A stretch of DNA of 64,000 nucleotides from Malacoraja senta (taxonomy: Eukaryota), in assembly GCA_038087875.1 (NCBI GenBank), contig CM075977.1, positions 199,950,001 to 200,014,000 of the forward strand. The letters are read 5' to 3'. A model generated the notes under the pieces. It searched no databases and was not told the origin of the DNA. It saw nothing but the letters and a program-made list of their open reading frames with translations. Positions within the stretch are counted from its first letter, which is position 1; every line of letters starts with the position of its first letter. This document shows, in pieces, positions 49,691-63,412 of the stretch. The translations under genes were made by a program, and so were the position numbers.

Positions 49691-50073
49691 TTTTAGTGCA
49701 CTCTTGGCCTTCCTTAAATGTCATGGAAGATGGTAATTTTTCAATAGTTGGAATAACTGAAGTATCCAGATGGCTGCTAACTAACTTATGGATTTTGCAA
49801 TTGCATCTGCCTTTCTAATTCAATGAGCTAATATTTGTGATGCAGTGATATTTACTCTACTCTTCCTGCATTTGATAATACTTATCTGCCATTGTGGTTC
49901 GGTTAATGTACAACACGCCTCCGACAATGGCCTATTTAGAACTTGAGATTAAAAAACTTTGAATCAACAAGAAGGAAGAAAGAATTTGCAATCCTGCTGA
50001 TAGGAAGGGAAGGGATATCACAAAAGCTTGTATCAGAAAACTAATTGTAGTTCAGGCTGGTCTTTTGCTCATT

Positions 50074-50139
50074 GCTTATGTATCAACCCTGTTGTAAGCT
50101 TATGTATCAACCCTGTTGTAAGCTTATGTATCAACCCTG
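50074..50139. repeat. 24-bp tandem repeat x2.75
   Basis: gcttatgtatcaaccctgttgtaa. Confidence 0.9.
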
Positions 50140-50584
50140 AAGGTGAATGTTACCTAAATATGTTGTTTCTCGATCTCCATGCACCTTCCAGCAATGAAAA
50201 AAGGATAAACACAAAATGCTGGAGTAACTCAGCGAGACAGGCACTGCATCTCTGGAGAGAAGGAATGGGTGACGTTTCTGGTCGAGACCCTTCATCAACG
50301 AAAAAAGGATAGTTTCTGTTGATTGTATATCAAATCGCAATGATGTGCAAATCTTTTACAGTTGCCGGCACCTTTACCATCTATACAACTCCTCTCCCTT
50401 CTGTCGTGGAGTAGACAGATTCCCCTGCACCACCCCCCCCCCCCCCTCTCCTCAATCTTTGCACATCCCCAATCCTGGACTTCCCACTCGTCACTTTAAT
50501 TTCAGGTTTCATGTATCTTGTTGTGTTTTATGACTGTTGGCAGACTAGTTTCCCTCCTGGGATGAATAAAGTTCTATCTTATAG

Positions 50585-52795
50585 GGTTGAGATTTTTGAT
50601 TGGAGAAAGGCTAACTTTGAGGAGATGCGTAAGGATTTAAAAGGAGTGAATTGGGACATGTTGTTTTATGGGAAGGATGTAGAAGAGAAATGGAGGACAT
50701 TTAAGGGTGACATTTTAAGAGTACAGAATCTTCGCTGTTCGGTTGAAATGAAATAGTAAAAATTGGAAAGAGCCATGGTTTTCAAGGGAAATTGGACAAT
50801 TGGTTTGGAAAAAGAGAGAGATCTACAATAATTATAGGCAGCATGGAGTAAATGAGGTGCTTGAGGAGTATAAAGAATGTAAAAAGAATATTAAGAAAGA
50901 AATTAGAAAAGCTAAAAGAAGATATGAGGTTGCTTTGGCAAGTAAGGTGAAAGTAAATCCAAAGGGTTTCTACAGCCATATTAATAGCAAAAGGATAACA
51001 AGGAATAAAATTGGTCCATTAGAGAGTCAGAGTGGACAGCTATCTGCAGAGCCAAAAGAGATGGGGGAGATACTGAACAATGTCTTTTGTTCGGTATTCA
51101 ACAAGGAGAAGGATATGGAATTATGTGAGGTAAGGGAAACAAGCAGAGTAGCAATGGAAACTATGAGATTCAAAGAAGAGGAGGTGCAGACACTTTTGAA
51201 AAATATGAAAATGGATCAGTCTCCAGGTCCTGACAGGATATTCCCTAGGACATTGAGGGAAGTTAGTGTAGAAATAGCAGGGGCTATGACAGAAATATTT
51301 CAAATGTCATTAGAAACGGGAATAGTGCCGGAGGATTGGCGTACTGCACATGTTGTTCCGTTGTTTAAAAAGGTTTCTAAGAGTAAACCTAGCAATTATA
51401 GACCTGTTAGTTTGACGTCAGTGGTGGGCAAATTAATGGAAAGGATACTTAGAGATAATATATATAAGCATCTGGATAAGCAGGGTCTGATTAGGAACAG
51501 TCAACATGGATTTGTGCCTGGAACGTCATGTTTGACTAATCTTCTAGAATTTTTCGAAGAGGTTACTAGGGAAATTGATGAGGGTAAAGCAGTGGATGTT
51601 GTCTATATGGACTTCAGTAAGGCCTTTGACAAGGTTCCTCATGGAAGGTTGGTTAAGAAGATTCAATTGTTGGGTATTAATGGTGGAGTAGCAAGATGGA
51701 TTCAACAGTGGCTGAATGGGAGATGCCAGAGAGTAATGGTGGATGGCTGTTTGTCAGGTTGGAGGCCGGTGACTAGTGGGGTGCCTCAGGGGTCTGTGTT
51801 GGGTCCACTGTTGTTTGTCATGTACATCAATGATCTGGATGATGGTGTGGAAAATTGGATTAGTAAGTATGCAGATGATACTAAGATAGGTGGTGTTGTG
51901 GATAATGAAGTAGATTTTCAAAGTCTACAGAGAGATTTAGGCCATTTGGAAGAGTGGGCTGAAAGATGGCAGATGGAGTTTAATGCTGATAAATGTGAGG
52001 TGCTACATCTCGGCAGGACAAATCAAAATAGGACGTACATGGTAAATGGTAGAGAATTGAGGAATGCAGTTGAACAGAGGGATCTAGGAATAACTGTGCA
52101 TAGTTCCCTGAAGGTGGAATCTCATGTAGATAGGGTGGTAAAGAAAGCTTTTGGTGTGCTGGCCTTTATAAATCAGAGCATTGAATATAGTAGTTGGGAT
52201 GTAATGTTAAAATTGTACAAGGCATTGGTGAGGCCAATTCTGGAGTATGGAGTACAATTTTGGTCGCCTAATTATAGGAAGGATGTCAACAAAATAGAGA
52301 GAGTACAGAGGAGATTTACTAGAATGTTGCCTGGGTTTCAGCAACTAAGTTACAGAGAAAGGTTGAACAAGTTAGGTCTTTATTCTTTGGAGCGCAGAAC
52401 GTTAAGAGGGGACTTGATAGAGGTCTTTAAAATTATGAGCGGGTTAGACAGAGTGGACGTGGATAAGCTTTGAGCGTAGGGAAGATTCAAACAAGGGGAC
52501 ATGACTTAAGAATTAAGGGACAGAAGTTTAGGGGTAACATTAGGGGGAACTTCTTTACTCGGAGAGTGGTAGCTGTGTGGAATGAGCTTCCAGTGGAAGT
52601 GGTGGAGGCAGGTTTGATTTTATCCTTTAAAAATAGATTGGATGGGTATATGGACGGGAAAGGAATGGAGGGTTATGGTCTGAGTGCAGGAAGATGGGAC
52701 TAGGGGGAAGTTAAAAAAAAGTGTTCGGCACGGACTTGAAGGGCCGAGATGGCCTGTTTCCGTGCTGTTATGGTTATATGGTTATATGGTTATCG
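50585..52795 (+). mobile_element. 5'-truncated CR1 LINE, 2.2 kb
   Basis: ORF2 tether/RT region plus 3' UTR ending in (GGTTATAT)n. Confidence 0.95.
50800..52473 (+). pseudogene. CR1 ORF2 reverse transcriptase domain (557-codon open frame; no endonuclease, frameshift near C-terminus)
   Basis: SPGPD, NYRPVSLTS, QHGF, DFSKAFD, GVPQGSVLGP and YADD motifs. Confidence 0.95.
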
Positions 52796-53094
52796 TATGG
52801 TCTGAAGAAGGTCCCATCCTGAAATGTCATCTGTCCTTTCCCTCCAGAGATGCTGCTTGGCCTGCAGCAGTTTAGTTTGATTTGCTCAAGACTCCAACAT
52901 CTGCCATCTCTTCTGTGTCAACCTTTATTATCCCCAGTTTCCTCATCTTTCATGATGATCTGGAGTGATGATGTCCCTTTCCTGTGTGTTCACTTCATTT
53001 CCAGCGACACCATTTTTTTTTCTAGCTGCAATCAGATATCACGGGTGATGACCTCCCCACCATCGAAGGGATGTACAGGAGTCGCTACTTCAAA

Positions 53095-53458
53095 ATGGCA
53101 GCCAGCATCGTCAGAGATCCACACCACCCTGGCCATACACTTATTTCACTCCTGCAATTGCAAAAATGGTATAGGAGCCTGAAAACTGTAACTTCCAGGT
53201 TCACTGCGACCTCTAAATAAGCACGGAACTATATAGACTTAGGGGGCATTGTTTTTGTTTTTGCTATTTGTCTTTGACAATGTTCATAACACACTCACAC
53301 TCACGCACACACATATATGTGTGTGTATGTGTATGTATATATGTATGTCATATATATAAAATTGCAGAATACTATGTTTACATATCTGTTGAGTTGCTGC
53401 AGGTATGAAGTTAATTGTTCTGATTCAGAACATATGACAATATAACACTCTTGACTCT
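53095..53458 (+). mobile_element. Rex1/Babar-like 3' fragment; another at ~54040-54250
   Basis: agcatcgtcagagatccacaccaccctggccatacactt (SIVRDPHHPGHTL). Confidence 0.65.
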
Positions 53459-54486
53459 CATGAAGTGCGTGACATGGGCTATCTTTCTCTAGACAAAATC
53501 ATACAACAAACATGTGGTGATTTATAATCCATCAGCCCTTTCTATGAAGAGTTGCTGTTTCACAAAAGAATACAGATCCCTGGTAGATATCCCGTGATTA
53601 GTGACCTTTTGGTTTATTTTGGGGCATGACATAGCTACACTTATGGTGTCTGCAAATGAACAGGATGGGAGAGGAGGAAAAGGCTTCAGCATCTATTTCA
53701 TCGTGAGTCCATCTTTTTGTTTAATTGCTGCCTCTTGACAAGTTTGCTTCAAGTTCTGTCAGTCATCATCTTGAACAAGGATTTCACCCTCAGAGATGAC
53801 AACCATGCTGGCATCGAAATCTATTTCTGAACTAACTCAAAATTGGTGAAGCTGAATCAAACTTGACTTGTTAGTTTTGACTGGGAATTTTAAACAGTGA
53901 GAGGGAAGGAGGAATGTGTGAGGTAGAGGAGTCGTACAGTACATGAATAGGCACTTCAGCCCACAATGTCTGCATTGACTATTTTGCCACCTACACTACT
54001 TCCATTTACCTGCATTGGGTCTGCATCCATCCCTGTCATTCCGCCTCCTCCTCTGTCCTGCTGGGCAGAAGATACAGAAGCTTGAAGGAATGCGCCACCA
54101 GACTCTGGAACAGACACTTCCTTTCTGTAATCAAGCCTCTGTACTGTCCTACCGCAAGCTGCGGGACTGTTCGATTCACCTCCATCACATTGTGGACATT
54201 GGACTATATCTCTGGAACTGTTGCTCTACAATGCTGAGAACTATATCCTGCAGATGGGCACGAAATGCTGGAATAACTCAACGGGTCAGGCAGCATCTCT
54301 GGAGCAAAGGAATAGGTGATGCTTCGGGTTGAGACCCTTTTTCAGACCTGCAGCGAGAGAGGGTGTTGCAGAACTCTCTTCGGAGAGAGGAGGAGAACTT
54401 CTTCAAAGTAGGCATAAAAAGCTGGAGTAACTTAGCGGGGCAGGAAGCATCTCTGGAGAGAAGGAATGGGTGACGTTTCGGAAAAA

Positions 54487-54597
54487 ATCCACGTGGTCAT
54501 GTGGAGAACGTACAAAATCCATACAGACAGCACCCGTCCTCAGGATCAAACCTGGTCTCTGGTGCTGTAAGGCAGCAACTCTACCGCTGCGTCACCA
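54487..54597 (-). mobile_element. SINE 5' fragment
   Basis: gctgtaaggcagcaactctaccgctgcg. Confidence 0.8.
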
Positions 54598-57039
54598 TGG
54601 CCGATTCTTCAAAGCAGGTACACCTTGAGGAAATTTTGCAGTGAAGCAGACAAAATGTGTTGGAAGGAAATGCAGATGCTAGTTCACTCTTTGCTCTACC
54701 TATTCTACTTGGGTTTGCCTTGATTCTATTTATGTGTAGATTTATCAGATATGTTTGGTTAGCTTGCAAAACAAAGCTTTTCCCTGCACCTCAGTACCCA
54801 TGACAATAATAAACTTGCAGCTAAAATGTCCATACCTTGCCTTTTCAAGTACCTGCCTAAATGCCCGTCTTAGCATCTTAACTGTATCGAATTCCACTAA
54901 TTCTGCAGGTAGTGTGTACCAGACATCAACTACATTCTGTGTAATTAAAAAAAACTTTCACATCAGGTCCCGTTTAAAACTCCATCCTCTCACCTTGAAC
55001 CTATACCGCTTGTCTGTGACAGCCCTACAAGAGGGAACAAAATATACTGACAGTTTATGGATGCAGCTCTGGAGAAACCATGATTGGCAGGGATTTGAAT
55101 TGTTGCTGCAAGATTAAACTCTGTTACCTGGCTCCAAAATACACTGAAACTCCAGGCCAATATTTTGACACGCAAGAAATGCATATGTTGAAATAATACT
55201 GCAATTACTTCACACCCGACTCTCCCAGGCACTTTAGTACATCGTTATTTCATTAATTTTCTACTTTAACCCAATCATTGAATTGTTGAAATATTTTACA
55301 TTTGTTGAACTTAGAAATATTTAAGATATTTCTAGGATGAGCAGATAAACTGAAACGGATATTTTTATTGTAGGCAGCAGTAAAAATGTTAAAGATAGAC
55401 ACAAAGTGCTGGAGTCATTCAGCGATTACCATCCTTGCAGAAAAAGGATGGGTGACGCTTCGGGTTGGGAGCCTTCTTCAGAATGTTCACCGATGGGAAT
55501 ATTCCTGGAGGAAGAGTTGTGGATTACGTTCTTTCGTCAAAAAAAAAGCAGAGATATTCTGCCTCGCTGCATAAAATCACAAATTTCATAACTAAAGTTT
55601 CTCCATCGCTCTATTGAGTGAGACTTGACCAGCAGGCAGTGGCCTGTCCAAAGGACAAGAAGGCACATACACCACCATGGCAGAGAGTATGTCTTTGTGG
55701 TTGCATTTTTCCATGGGTTGACTATATAGATACAATGCTTCGTATAGATACAATATGCAGCAGTAATTCAGCAGAACAGCCAGCATCTCCAGAGTGAAGA
55801 AAAGGGTGAAGTTTGACCCGAAACATCACCCATTCCTTCCACGCAGAGATGCTGCCTGTCCTGCTGAGTTACTCCAGCATTTTGTGTCTATCTTCGGTGA
55901 ACACCAGCATCTGCAGTTCCTTCCTTACACAGTAAATGCCTCATGACTGTCCAGCTCATTCATTTGCTGAATTAATTGGATTTGTCTATCAGTGCATGAA
56001 CCCAACCTGGAAATCATGGAGAAGGACTTCAGTTCTGGCTTGTGAAGGGACATGGCCCTGAGTGAGTTCAGTGCTGGGGCTGGGAAAAGCACAATCCTCT
56101 GGAAAGGTGTGAATGAAGGCATTGAAAATATCAACACCAGTGGAATAATTTTCTTGAAAAAGTCTTATATACACTGGTCAGAATGACCATCATGAGAAGC
56201 TTTTGGATAGGCTTATGAATATGCAGGGTTATGCGTTATGTGCAGGTAGATAAGGAATGGACGGCATCATGTTCGGCATAGATGTTGAGGGCTGAAGGGC
56301 CAATATACATCTCTATGTATATAGAGATATACATATCTCTATGTATAGCAGAGAGGTGAGGACAAGATCCTTTGGCAGAAGCCCAGGCATTGGTAACCAT
56401 CAGATTGTCATTGACCAAACAAAGGGCTACAAAGATGTGTAGGCGGGCAAAGAACCCCATGGATGTGGTGGGCTGATGGGGCCATTTATGTGTCTTTATG
56501 CCTTCTAGAATCAACTGTGCTGTGATTGGTACCAATAACTGCTGGACTGACTGCTGCCTGGTCCACTCTATCAATCTAATCCCAAAATAATGGGGTCAAC
56601 TGCAAGACTAGAATCAGACAATCTATGCCAAAGACTCCATAAGGAATGTCTCTTCTGTTGGAGTTCTGTAGACTGTCCCATCCAATATGAATAATACAGT
56701 GTCTACAGTGCCTGGACTGCCTTGAACTCCCAAATTAATCCCTGTGTAGAGACTCACGTTGTCTCAGAAAACACCAGGACTGGTGGGATTGGAATAATTG
56801 GTAAATCTGGTGTAAATTAATCAAAAATGCAAGGCGTTCTTGTTTTGAAGCTCAAGTGGGGTGACAAAACAACTCTCAGGTACCTGAGTGCTAAACCCCA
56901 ACAATAAATGGTGACATAAAGTACAGGTTATGGGTGGAAAAGAGGCAGGATATCTAGCAACTCGATGAAAACGAAGTGTAGATCTTTCAGTGCTGTCGAG
57001 ACTGTATGTTGCCCAAATACCAATATTCATGTTAATGAG

Positions 57040-57795
57040 TCATAGGAACAGAATTAGGCTCTTTGGCCCATCAAGTCTACTCCGCCATTCAACCGCTGAT
57101 CCATTACTAATCACGAATCTGTCAATCTCCGCTTTAAAAATGCCCCAAGACTTGGCCTCCACAGCTGTCTGCGGCAATAATTTCCACAGATGCATGACCC
57201 TCAAGCTAGAGAAATTCCTCTTCTCCTTTCCAAAGGTGTGTTCTTTTATTCTGAGGCTATACCCACAGGACCTAGACTCTCCCACTAGAGGAATCATCCT
57301 CTCCTCATCCACTCTATCCATGCCTTTCATTGTTCAGTAAGTTTCAAGGAGGTCCCCTCATCCTTCAAAACCCCCGTGAGCACAGGCCCAGTGTGTCAAA
57401 TGGTCATCATGCTTTAACCCAATCATCCCCGCATCATTCTCATTGACCACCTTTGGACCCTCTTCAATGCCAGCACATCCAACTGAGTTGGATGATCAGC
57501 CATGATCATATTGAATGGCGGTGCAGGCTCGAAGGGCCGAATGGCCTACTCCTGCACCTATTTTCTATGTATCTATCTATGTATCTATCCCACCTCCAAT
57601 ATGGTCCCCAAAACTGCTTACAATATTCCCAATGCAGTCTGATCAGTACCTTTAAAGCCTTAGCATTACATCCCCAATTTTGTTTTCTAGTCCTCTCGAA
57701 ATGAATGTTAACATTGCATTTGCCATCCTTACTACCAATTCAACCTGCACATTAACCTTTTGGGAATCCGGCACCAGCACTCCCAAATCCCATTC
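57040..57795 (-). mobile_element. CR1 fragment containing an opposite-strand CR1 3' tail (57488-57590)
   Basis: KGMDRVDEERMIPLVGESRSCGYSLRIK; DLGVLV...ANAMLTFISRGLE. Confidence 0.85.
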
Positions 57796-57819
57796 TCGTG
57801 AGAGGGAAGAACGGAAGAC

Positions 57820-58384
57820 TCTGCCTCTGTGAGTGTACGTCTCTTTCTCCCCCTCTCCCACACACAGTAAGACCGAGGTAAGTCCATCTGTGTAAGTCCA
57901 TCTGTGTCTCCCACATACACAGTAAAACTCTGCTTTGTGTGTATATACGTCTCCCCCATTTCTCTCTTCCCCCCCACTTCTCTCTTTCTCCCCCCCCACC
58001 TCTCTCTTTCTCCCCCACACACAATAAGACCGATGTATTCTGCTTAGTCTCTCTTCCCTCCCACACACACAGATAGACCGAGGTCCTGTGCACTCTTTCT
58101 CTCCCCCCCACAGTCACGCCGAAGTACAGCACACTGCCTCTGTGCCTCTCTCTCTCTGTCTCTCTCCCCATCTCCTTCATACACAGTCAGAGGTCCACAC
58201 TGTCTCTGTGTCTCTCTCTCCCCTACACACACACACAGACTGAGGTACACACTGCCCGTTGTGTGTATGTGTCTGCCTCTGTCTCTCTCCCAAACACACA
58301 GTTAAAGGTACTCCACGCTGCCTGTGTGTGTGTGTCTCTCTATCTGTCCCAGCACACACAGTCAGTCAGTCAGAGGAACTCCAC

Positions 58385-58441
<57 letters not shown>

Positions 58442-58470
58442 CTCTGTCTCTCCCTATCACAGTCAGAGTG
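57820..58470. repeat. Degenerate minisatellite (ctgcctctgtg...tctctccc...cacacacagt...gaggt) with (TG)n at 58387-58435
   Basis: Recurring modules of roughly 55-65 bp. Confidence 0.7.
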
Positions 58471-59099
58471 AGATACTCCCCCTGCAGTCTCTCCACGGCC
58501 TCTCCCCGGGCAGGGTGCATCTGCCTCCCTCAGGCTGGCCAGGCAGTCAGACTCGACTCCGGTGGCAGGCTCCATGCACAGCTCCTGCCGGCCAGCTGGG
58601 AGCGGCGACGGAGGACAGGGGGATGTTGGCCACAGCGGGGCAGTCTCGGCTCTCCATGCAGTCCGAGTCCCGCTGGATCCTCGTAAGCCTCTGCCTCTGT
58701 CAAATGGGTGAGTTTAACCTGACCCCCCCCCTCCCCAACCTCCCTCCACCTCAACTCACACCTGGGCACCAAAGCAGCTCAGGAGGCTAACCCTGAGCTC
58801 CGTCTCCCAACAATCTGATGTGCGCATCCATCCAAATTCAAAGATTTCATCTCCAGTCTCCCCGCAGTGTGTAGACCTGGCAGTAAATTCAATTAAAATA
58901 ATAGCAAACCTCCACCTGCTGGTCTTCTAACTACGTGATGTGTGTTTCAAACAAATCATCAGTATAACTGCCCTGGCACTGGACGGTGCGCATTTTCCCT
59001 TTGTAGGTCACATCAATAGATGCGGCCGCGCTGAATTCTATCTTTAACTCAAAGCCGCAGGATGGAGATGTTGCTTATTAAAACAGACCTTCATTGAAG

Positions 59100-59305
59100 G
59101 TTGGCTCAAGAGTAACTCGGGAAAGGAACTTGTTAACTCGGGAGACGAACTTGGAACATCGCAGAAATGACAGTTAACGGCAAACTTGAGTCATACCCGT
59201 GGGAACTCGGTTAAACTCTTGATCATAAACTTGGAGTCTCGTACGCAACCACGAGTTTTTCACTCTGGGTCACTTGTGGGCCAACTCGCACAGTGAGACA
59301 GGGCT
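59100..59305. mobile_element. Harbinger-type MITE remnant (right end)
   Basis: cagtgagacagggct plus TTA; internal aactcg repeats. Confidence 0.55.
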
Positions 59306-61321
59306 TTAACTGTGTAGGAAGAAACTGCGAATGCTGGTTTCAACCGAAGGTAGACACAAAATGCTGGAGTTACTCAGCGGGACAGGCAGCATCTCTGGAG
59401 AGAAGGAATGGGTGACGTTTCAGGTCGAGACCCTTCTTCACTATTAACTGTGATCTCTACAGGAGTTTGAAAAAGCCTTTGAGCTTTCAGATGAGAGAGA
59501 CTGCAGAGAATCCTTCTCCAACTTGGCTGGCTTTGAAATTCATTTTTGTTTTCTGTCTGTTACTTGGTGACATGCTAGTTGTGATTCTAACCAAAAGGTC
59601 CACCACAGAGCCACTGTAGACCAGGATCAAGCAGGTGTCTGATCTTGTGGCAGAGTCTGATGGTCTACCTTTGTCTCTATCAGGACACACAGAGCTGGTG
59701 AGCAAGCAACTCTCCCTTGGCTTTGACGCCGCACACCCTCAATGATGATCTCTTCCATTGTCTACTTCCAGGTGAACTGATGAGGTGCCTAATGGTGTGT
59801 ACATGAGATACTGAATATACATAACTACCAATTGTGAAAATCTGTTTACATTGAGTGGACTCAGAAACTAATTGGCCCAAAAGCCGATCATTTCATTGCT
59901 TTCTGCACTGCAAACATTAATATTCAATAATTTGAATTACACGGCTGCAATGATAGTCAAGTAGGGAATTTAAAGAATGAATCATTAGGTGATGCAAATT
60001 AAACAACATTGAGTTGGTTAATAATGTGGTCAAGGACTAATTTAAATTTCCAGCTTGTTGAAAAACATGTAAATATTCAGCAGAAACATTTGTACATTTT
60101 GTGTATGGTGTTCAGTAAGTTGGCAGGCTGTGTAACTTTACAATGTAGAAATTGCATGCCCTGTAATGTTGTGATACCAGTGTTGAGCTTGGATGTAACC
60201 TGACCTATCCCTGTAAAGCCACAAGACTTAACTAATATTGATCGCTGAAGCTGGAGTTAATTAAGGGGGATATTTTGTCTTTCTTTGAACACACACTTCA
60301 CCTTTGTTCTATTTTGTGTGCTTTCATATATGAAGTTGCACCCAGCAGTATTCTGCTTAGTTAGATGCACAAATTTCTGAAGCGTAAAAGAAGATGTGAC
60401 ATGCAAGCAGTAGCGAAACAAATCCCATCAGTAATACCCATTGCCCTTTCCCACTATGAAGCTTTGGAGGGAACTACTGTGAGCCGAGTATATGAGTCCT
60501 TGGATATCATATGTGATACATTTTGCTGCAGCTGGAGCTATGGGATGGGCAAGTTGTGGAGTATTTGGAAGTGTTATGAACTTCAACAGACTGTGTCTTT
60601 AGGTATACTATGGAGTGTTTTTTGCACTAAAATGGTTATTTATTTATGGTTATTAATTTATTGAAGTATTTTTTTTAACTGAACTATTCTATTTTTATCT
60701 GTGCTGACAAACCTAATCTAATCATAATAATCATAATCATATATTACTTATTAGCCAAGTATGTTTTGCAACACGGGGAATTTAATTTGCCATAGTCATA
60801 CCAATAAAAATGAACAGAACACACAACAAAAACATTTTTAACATGAACATCCACCACAGTGACTCATCCACATTCCTCACTGTGATGGAAGGTGAAAAAA
60901 AGTTCAATCTCTTCCTTCTTTGTCCTCCAGTGGTCGGGGACCTCTAACCTTCCGTTGACGGGACGATCTTACTCCCGTAGCTGGCTGCGGGCCTCCTCGT
61001 CGAGGCGACCAAGCTCCTGCATCGGGGGGGGAATCTCAGCTTCCCTCGTGCCGGGGCGATCTACCCCGGGTTGGGGCTAGCGAATGTCATGCGGCTTTTG
61101 CAGCTACCCGAAGTCGGTCTCTTACCCGAGACTGCGAGCTCCCTGTCTGTTTAATTGGGCCGTTTCACAAAATGGTTGAATAAGAAAAGTAAATGTACTT
61201 ATTTCCCTTTATCTAGAAGTTTGAAAGCAAGTGACTAAAAGATTGTCCTTAAATGTACATATTTCACTTGACACATATTGAGTAGTCGCCTTTATAACCA
61301 AGCTTTTGGTTGCCTTTGCAT

Positions 61322-61690
61322 ATAGTCATAGAGTAATACAATGTGGAAACAGCCCTTCGGCCCAACTTGCGCACACATGGGCTACATGTCCCACCAACAC
61401 TAGTCCCAACTGCCCACGCCATATGCCCCAAAACATGTCCTGTCCATGTACCTGTCTAACTGTTTTGGGATTGTCCCTGCCTCAACTACCTCCTCTGGTA
61501 GCCTGTTCCATCCACCCACTACCATTTGTGTGGAAAAAGTTACCCATCAGATTCCTATTCAATCTTTTCCCCTTGATCTTGAACCTATGTCCTCTTGTCC
61601 TTGATTCACCTACTCTGGGCACCAGACTCTGTGCATCTACCCGATCTATTCCTTTCATGATTTTAGACCTCTATAAGATCCACCCTTCTG
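61322..61690 (-). mobile_element. CR1 3' fragment
   Basis: Matches 47455-47880. Confidence 0.85.
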
Positions 61691-62049
61691 CAAATTTATT
61701 TTCAGGAACAATCCTGTGAAATGTCTGACGAACTTTTCATTTAGACGGTGAAAGTAATCTATAAATGCAGTTTCTATTGGTGGTAATATGATAAGAATGT
61801 CAGTGTAACCAAATGTAAAGTGATCCTTGAATCTAAAAGTGGAGAAAACAGGGTGTCTTCTAAATGGTCAAATGTTGTTGTGAATGTTTAAAATGGTGGC
61901 GTGGCAGTCAATTCCTACATATCGTTCAAACGTCACGGAACGGACGCTGATGACAGACTAACATTTTATACTCGCTGGGGGAACCAAAGGATATAAGTTA
62001 TGTTACACCTGTGTAAAGCACTGGTTACAGTTGGCCTGCGGTACTGTTG

Positions 62050-62948
62050 GCCTGTGGCAGGGTGAACTGTGAGGAGGATGCTATGAGAATGCAGGGTGAC
62101 TTGGACAGGTTGGGGGAGCGGGCGGATGCATGGCAGATGACGTTTAATGTGGAGAAATGTGAGTTTATCCACTTTGGTAGCAGGAAGGCAGATTACTATC
62201 TAAATGGCGTCAAGTTGGGAAAAGGGGAAGTACAGCGGGATCTGGGGGTCCTTGTTCAACAGTCTATGAAAGTAAGCATGCAGGTGTACAGCAGGCAGTG
62301 AAGAAAGCAAATGGCATGTTGGACTTTATAACAAGAGGAGTCGAGTAGAGGAGCAAAGAGGTCCTTCTGTAGTTGTACAGAGCCCTAGTGAGACCACACC
62401 TGGAGTATTGTGTGCAGTTTTGGTCCCCTAATTTGAGGAGTACAGCGTAGGTTTACAACGTTAATTCCCGGGATGGTGGGATTGTCATATGCTGAGAGAA
62501 TGAAGCAGCTGGGCTTGTACACTCTGGAGTTTAGAAGGATGAGAGGGGATCTTATTGAAACATATAAAGATTGTTAGGGGTTTGGACACGCTGGAGGCAG
62601 GAAACATGTTCCCGATGTTGGGGGAGTCCAGAACCAGGGGCCGCAGTTTGAGAATAAGGGGTTGGCCATTTAGAACGGAGACGAGGAAACACTTTTTCTC
62701 ACAGAGAGTTGTGAGTCTGTGCAATTCTCTGCCTCAGAGGGCGGTGGAGGCAGGTTCTCTGGATGCTTTCAAGAGAGAGCTGGATAGGGCTCTTAAAAAT
62801 AGCAGAGTCAGGGGATATGGGGAGAAGGCAGGAACGGGGTACTGATTGGGGATGATCAGCCATGATCACATTGAATGGCGGTGCTGGCTCAAAGGGCCAA
62901 ATGGCCTACACCTGCACCTATTGTCTATTGAATATTGTCTATTGTCTA
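62050..62948 (+). mobile_element. CR1 3' portion, same subfamily as 30633-31582
   Basis: MQGDLDRLGERADAWQMTFNVEKCE...; KIVRGLDTLEAGNMFPMLGESRTRG; (TATTGTC)n tail. Confidence 0.95.
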
Positions 62949-63092
62949 TAACTGTCCCCCCCACACCTTGGGGAAAGGTATATTAGCTTTGGGGGCATGC
63001 AGGTGCAGGTTTACCAGCATCACCCGGGCTACAGGCGTTAATTTACCAACGTTGATAAGGCAAGCTTGAGTATGGTTGCTGAAATTCAAAAT

Positions 63093-63412
63093 AGATTTAG
63101 GTTTATTATTGTCACATGCACCGAGGTACAGTGAAAAGCTTTGTTTTGCACACAATCCAAACAGACTAGATATACCATGCGTAGACACAATCACGTCAAA
63201 CTTGAGTACATAGATCGAGCAAAGGGGGAGATGCAGAATGCAGAATACAGTTCTCAGCATTGTAGTGCATCAGTTCTTTGGACAAAGTCCAATGTCTTCA
63301 ATAGGGTGGCGGTGAATCAAACGGTGAATCATGTTAGAGGGGTGGGGAAGTTGCTCTGGAGTCTGACGCTGGAAGCTTTCAGGCTTCTGTACCTTCTGCT
63401 GCACGGGAGCAG
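63093..63412 (-). mobile_element. Rex1/Babar-like 3' tail
   Basis: Similar to 41896-42318. Confidence 0.65.
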
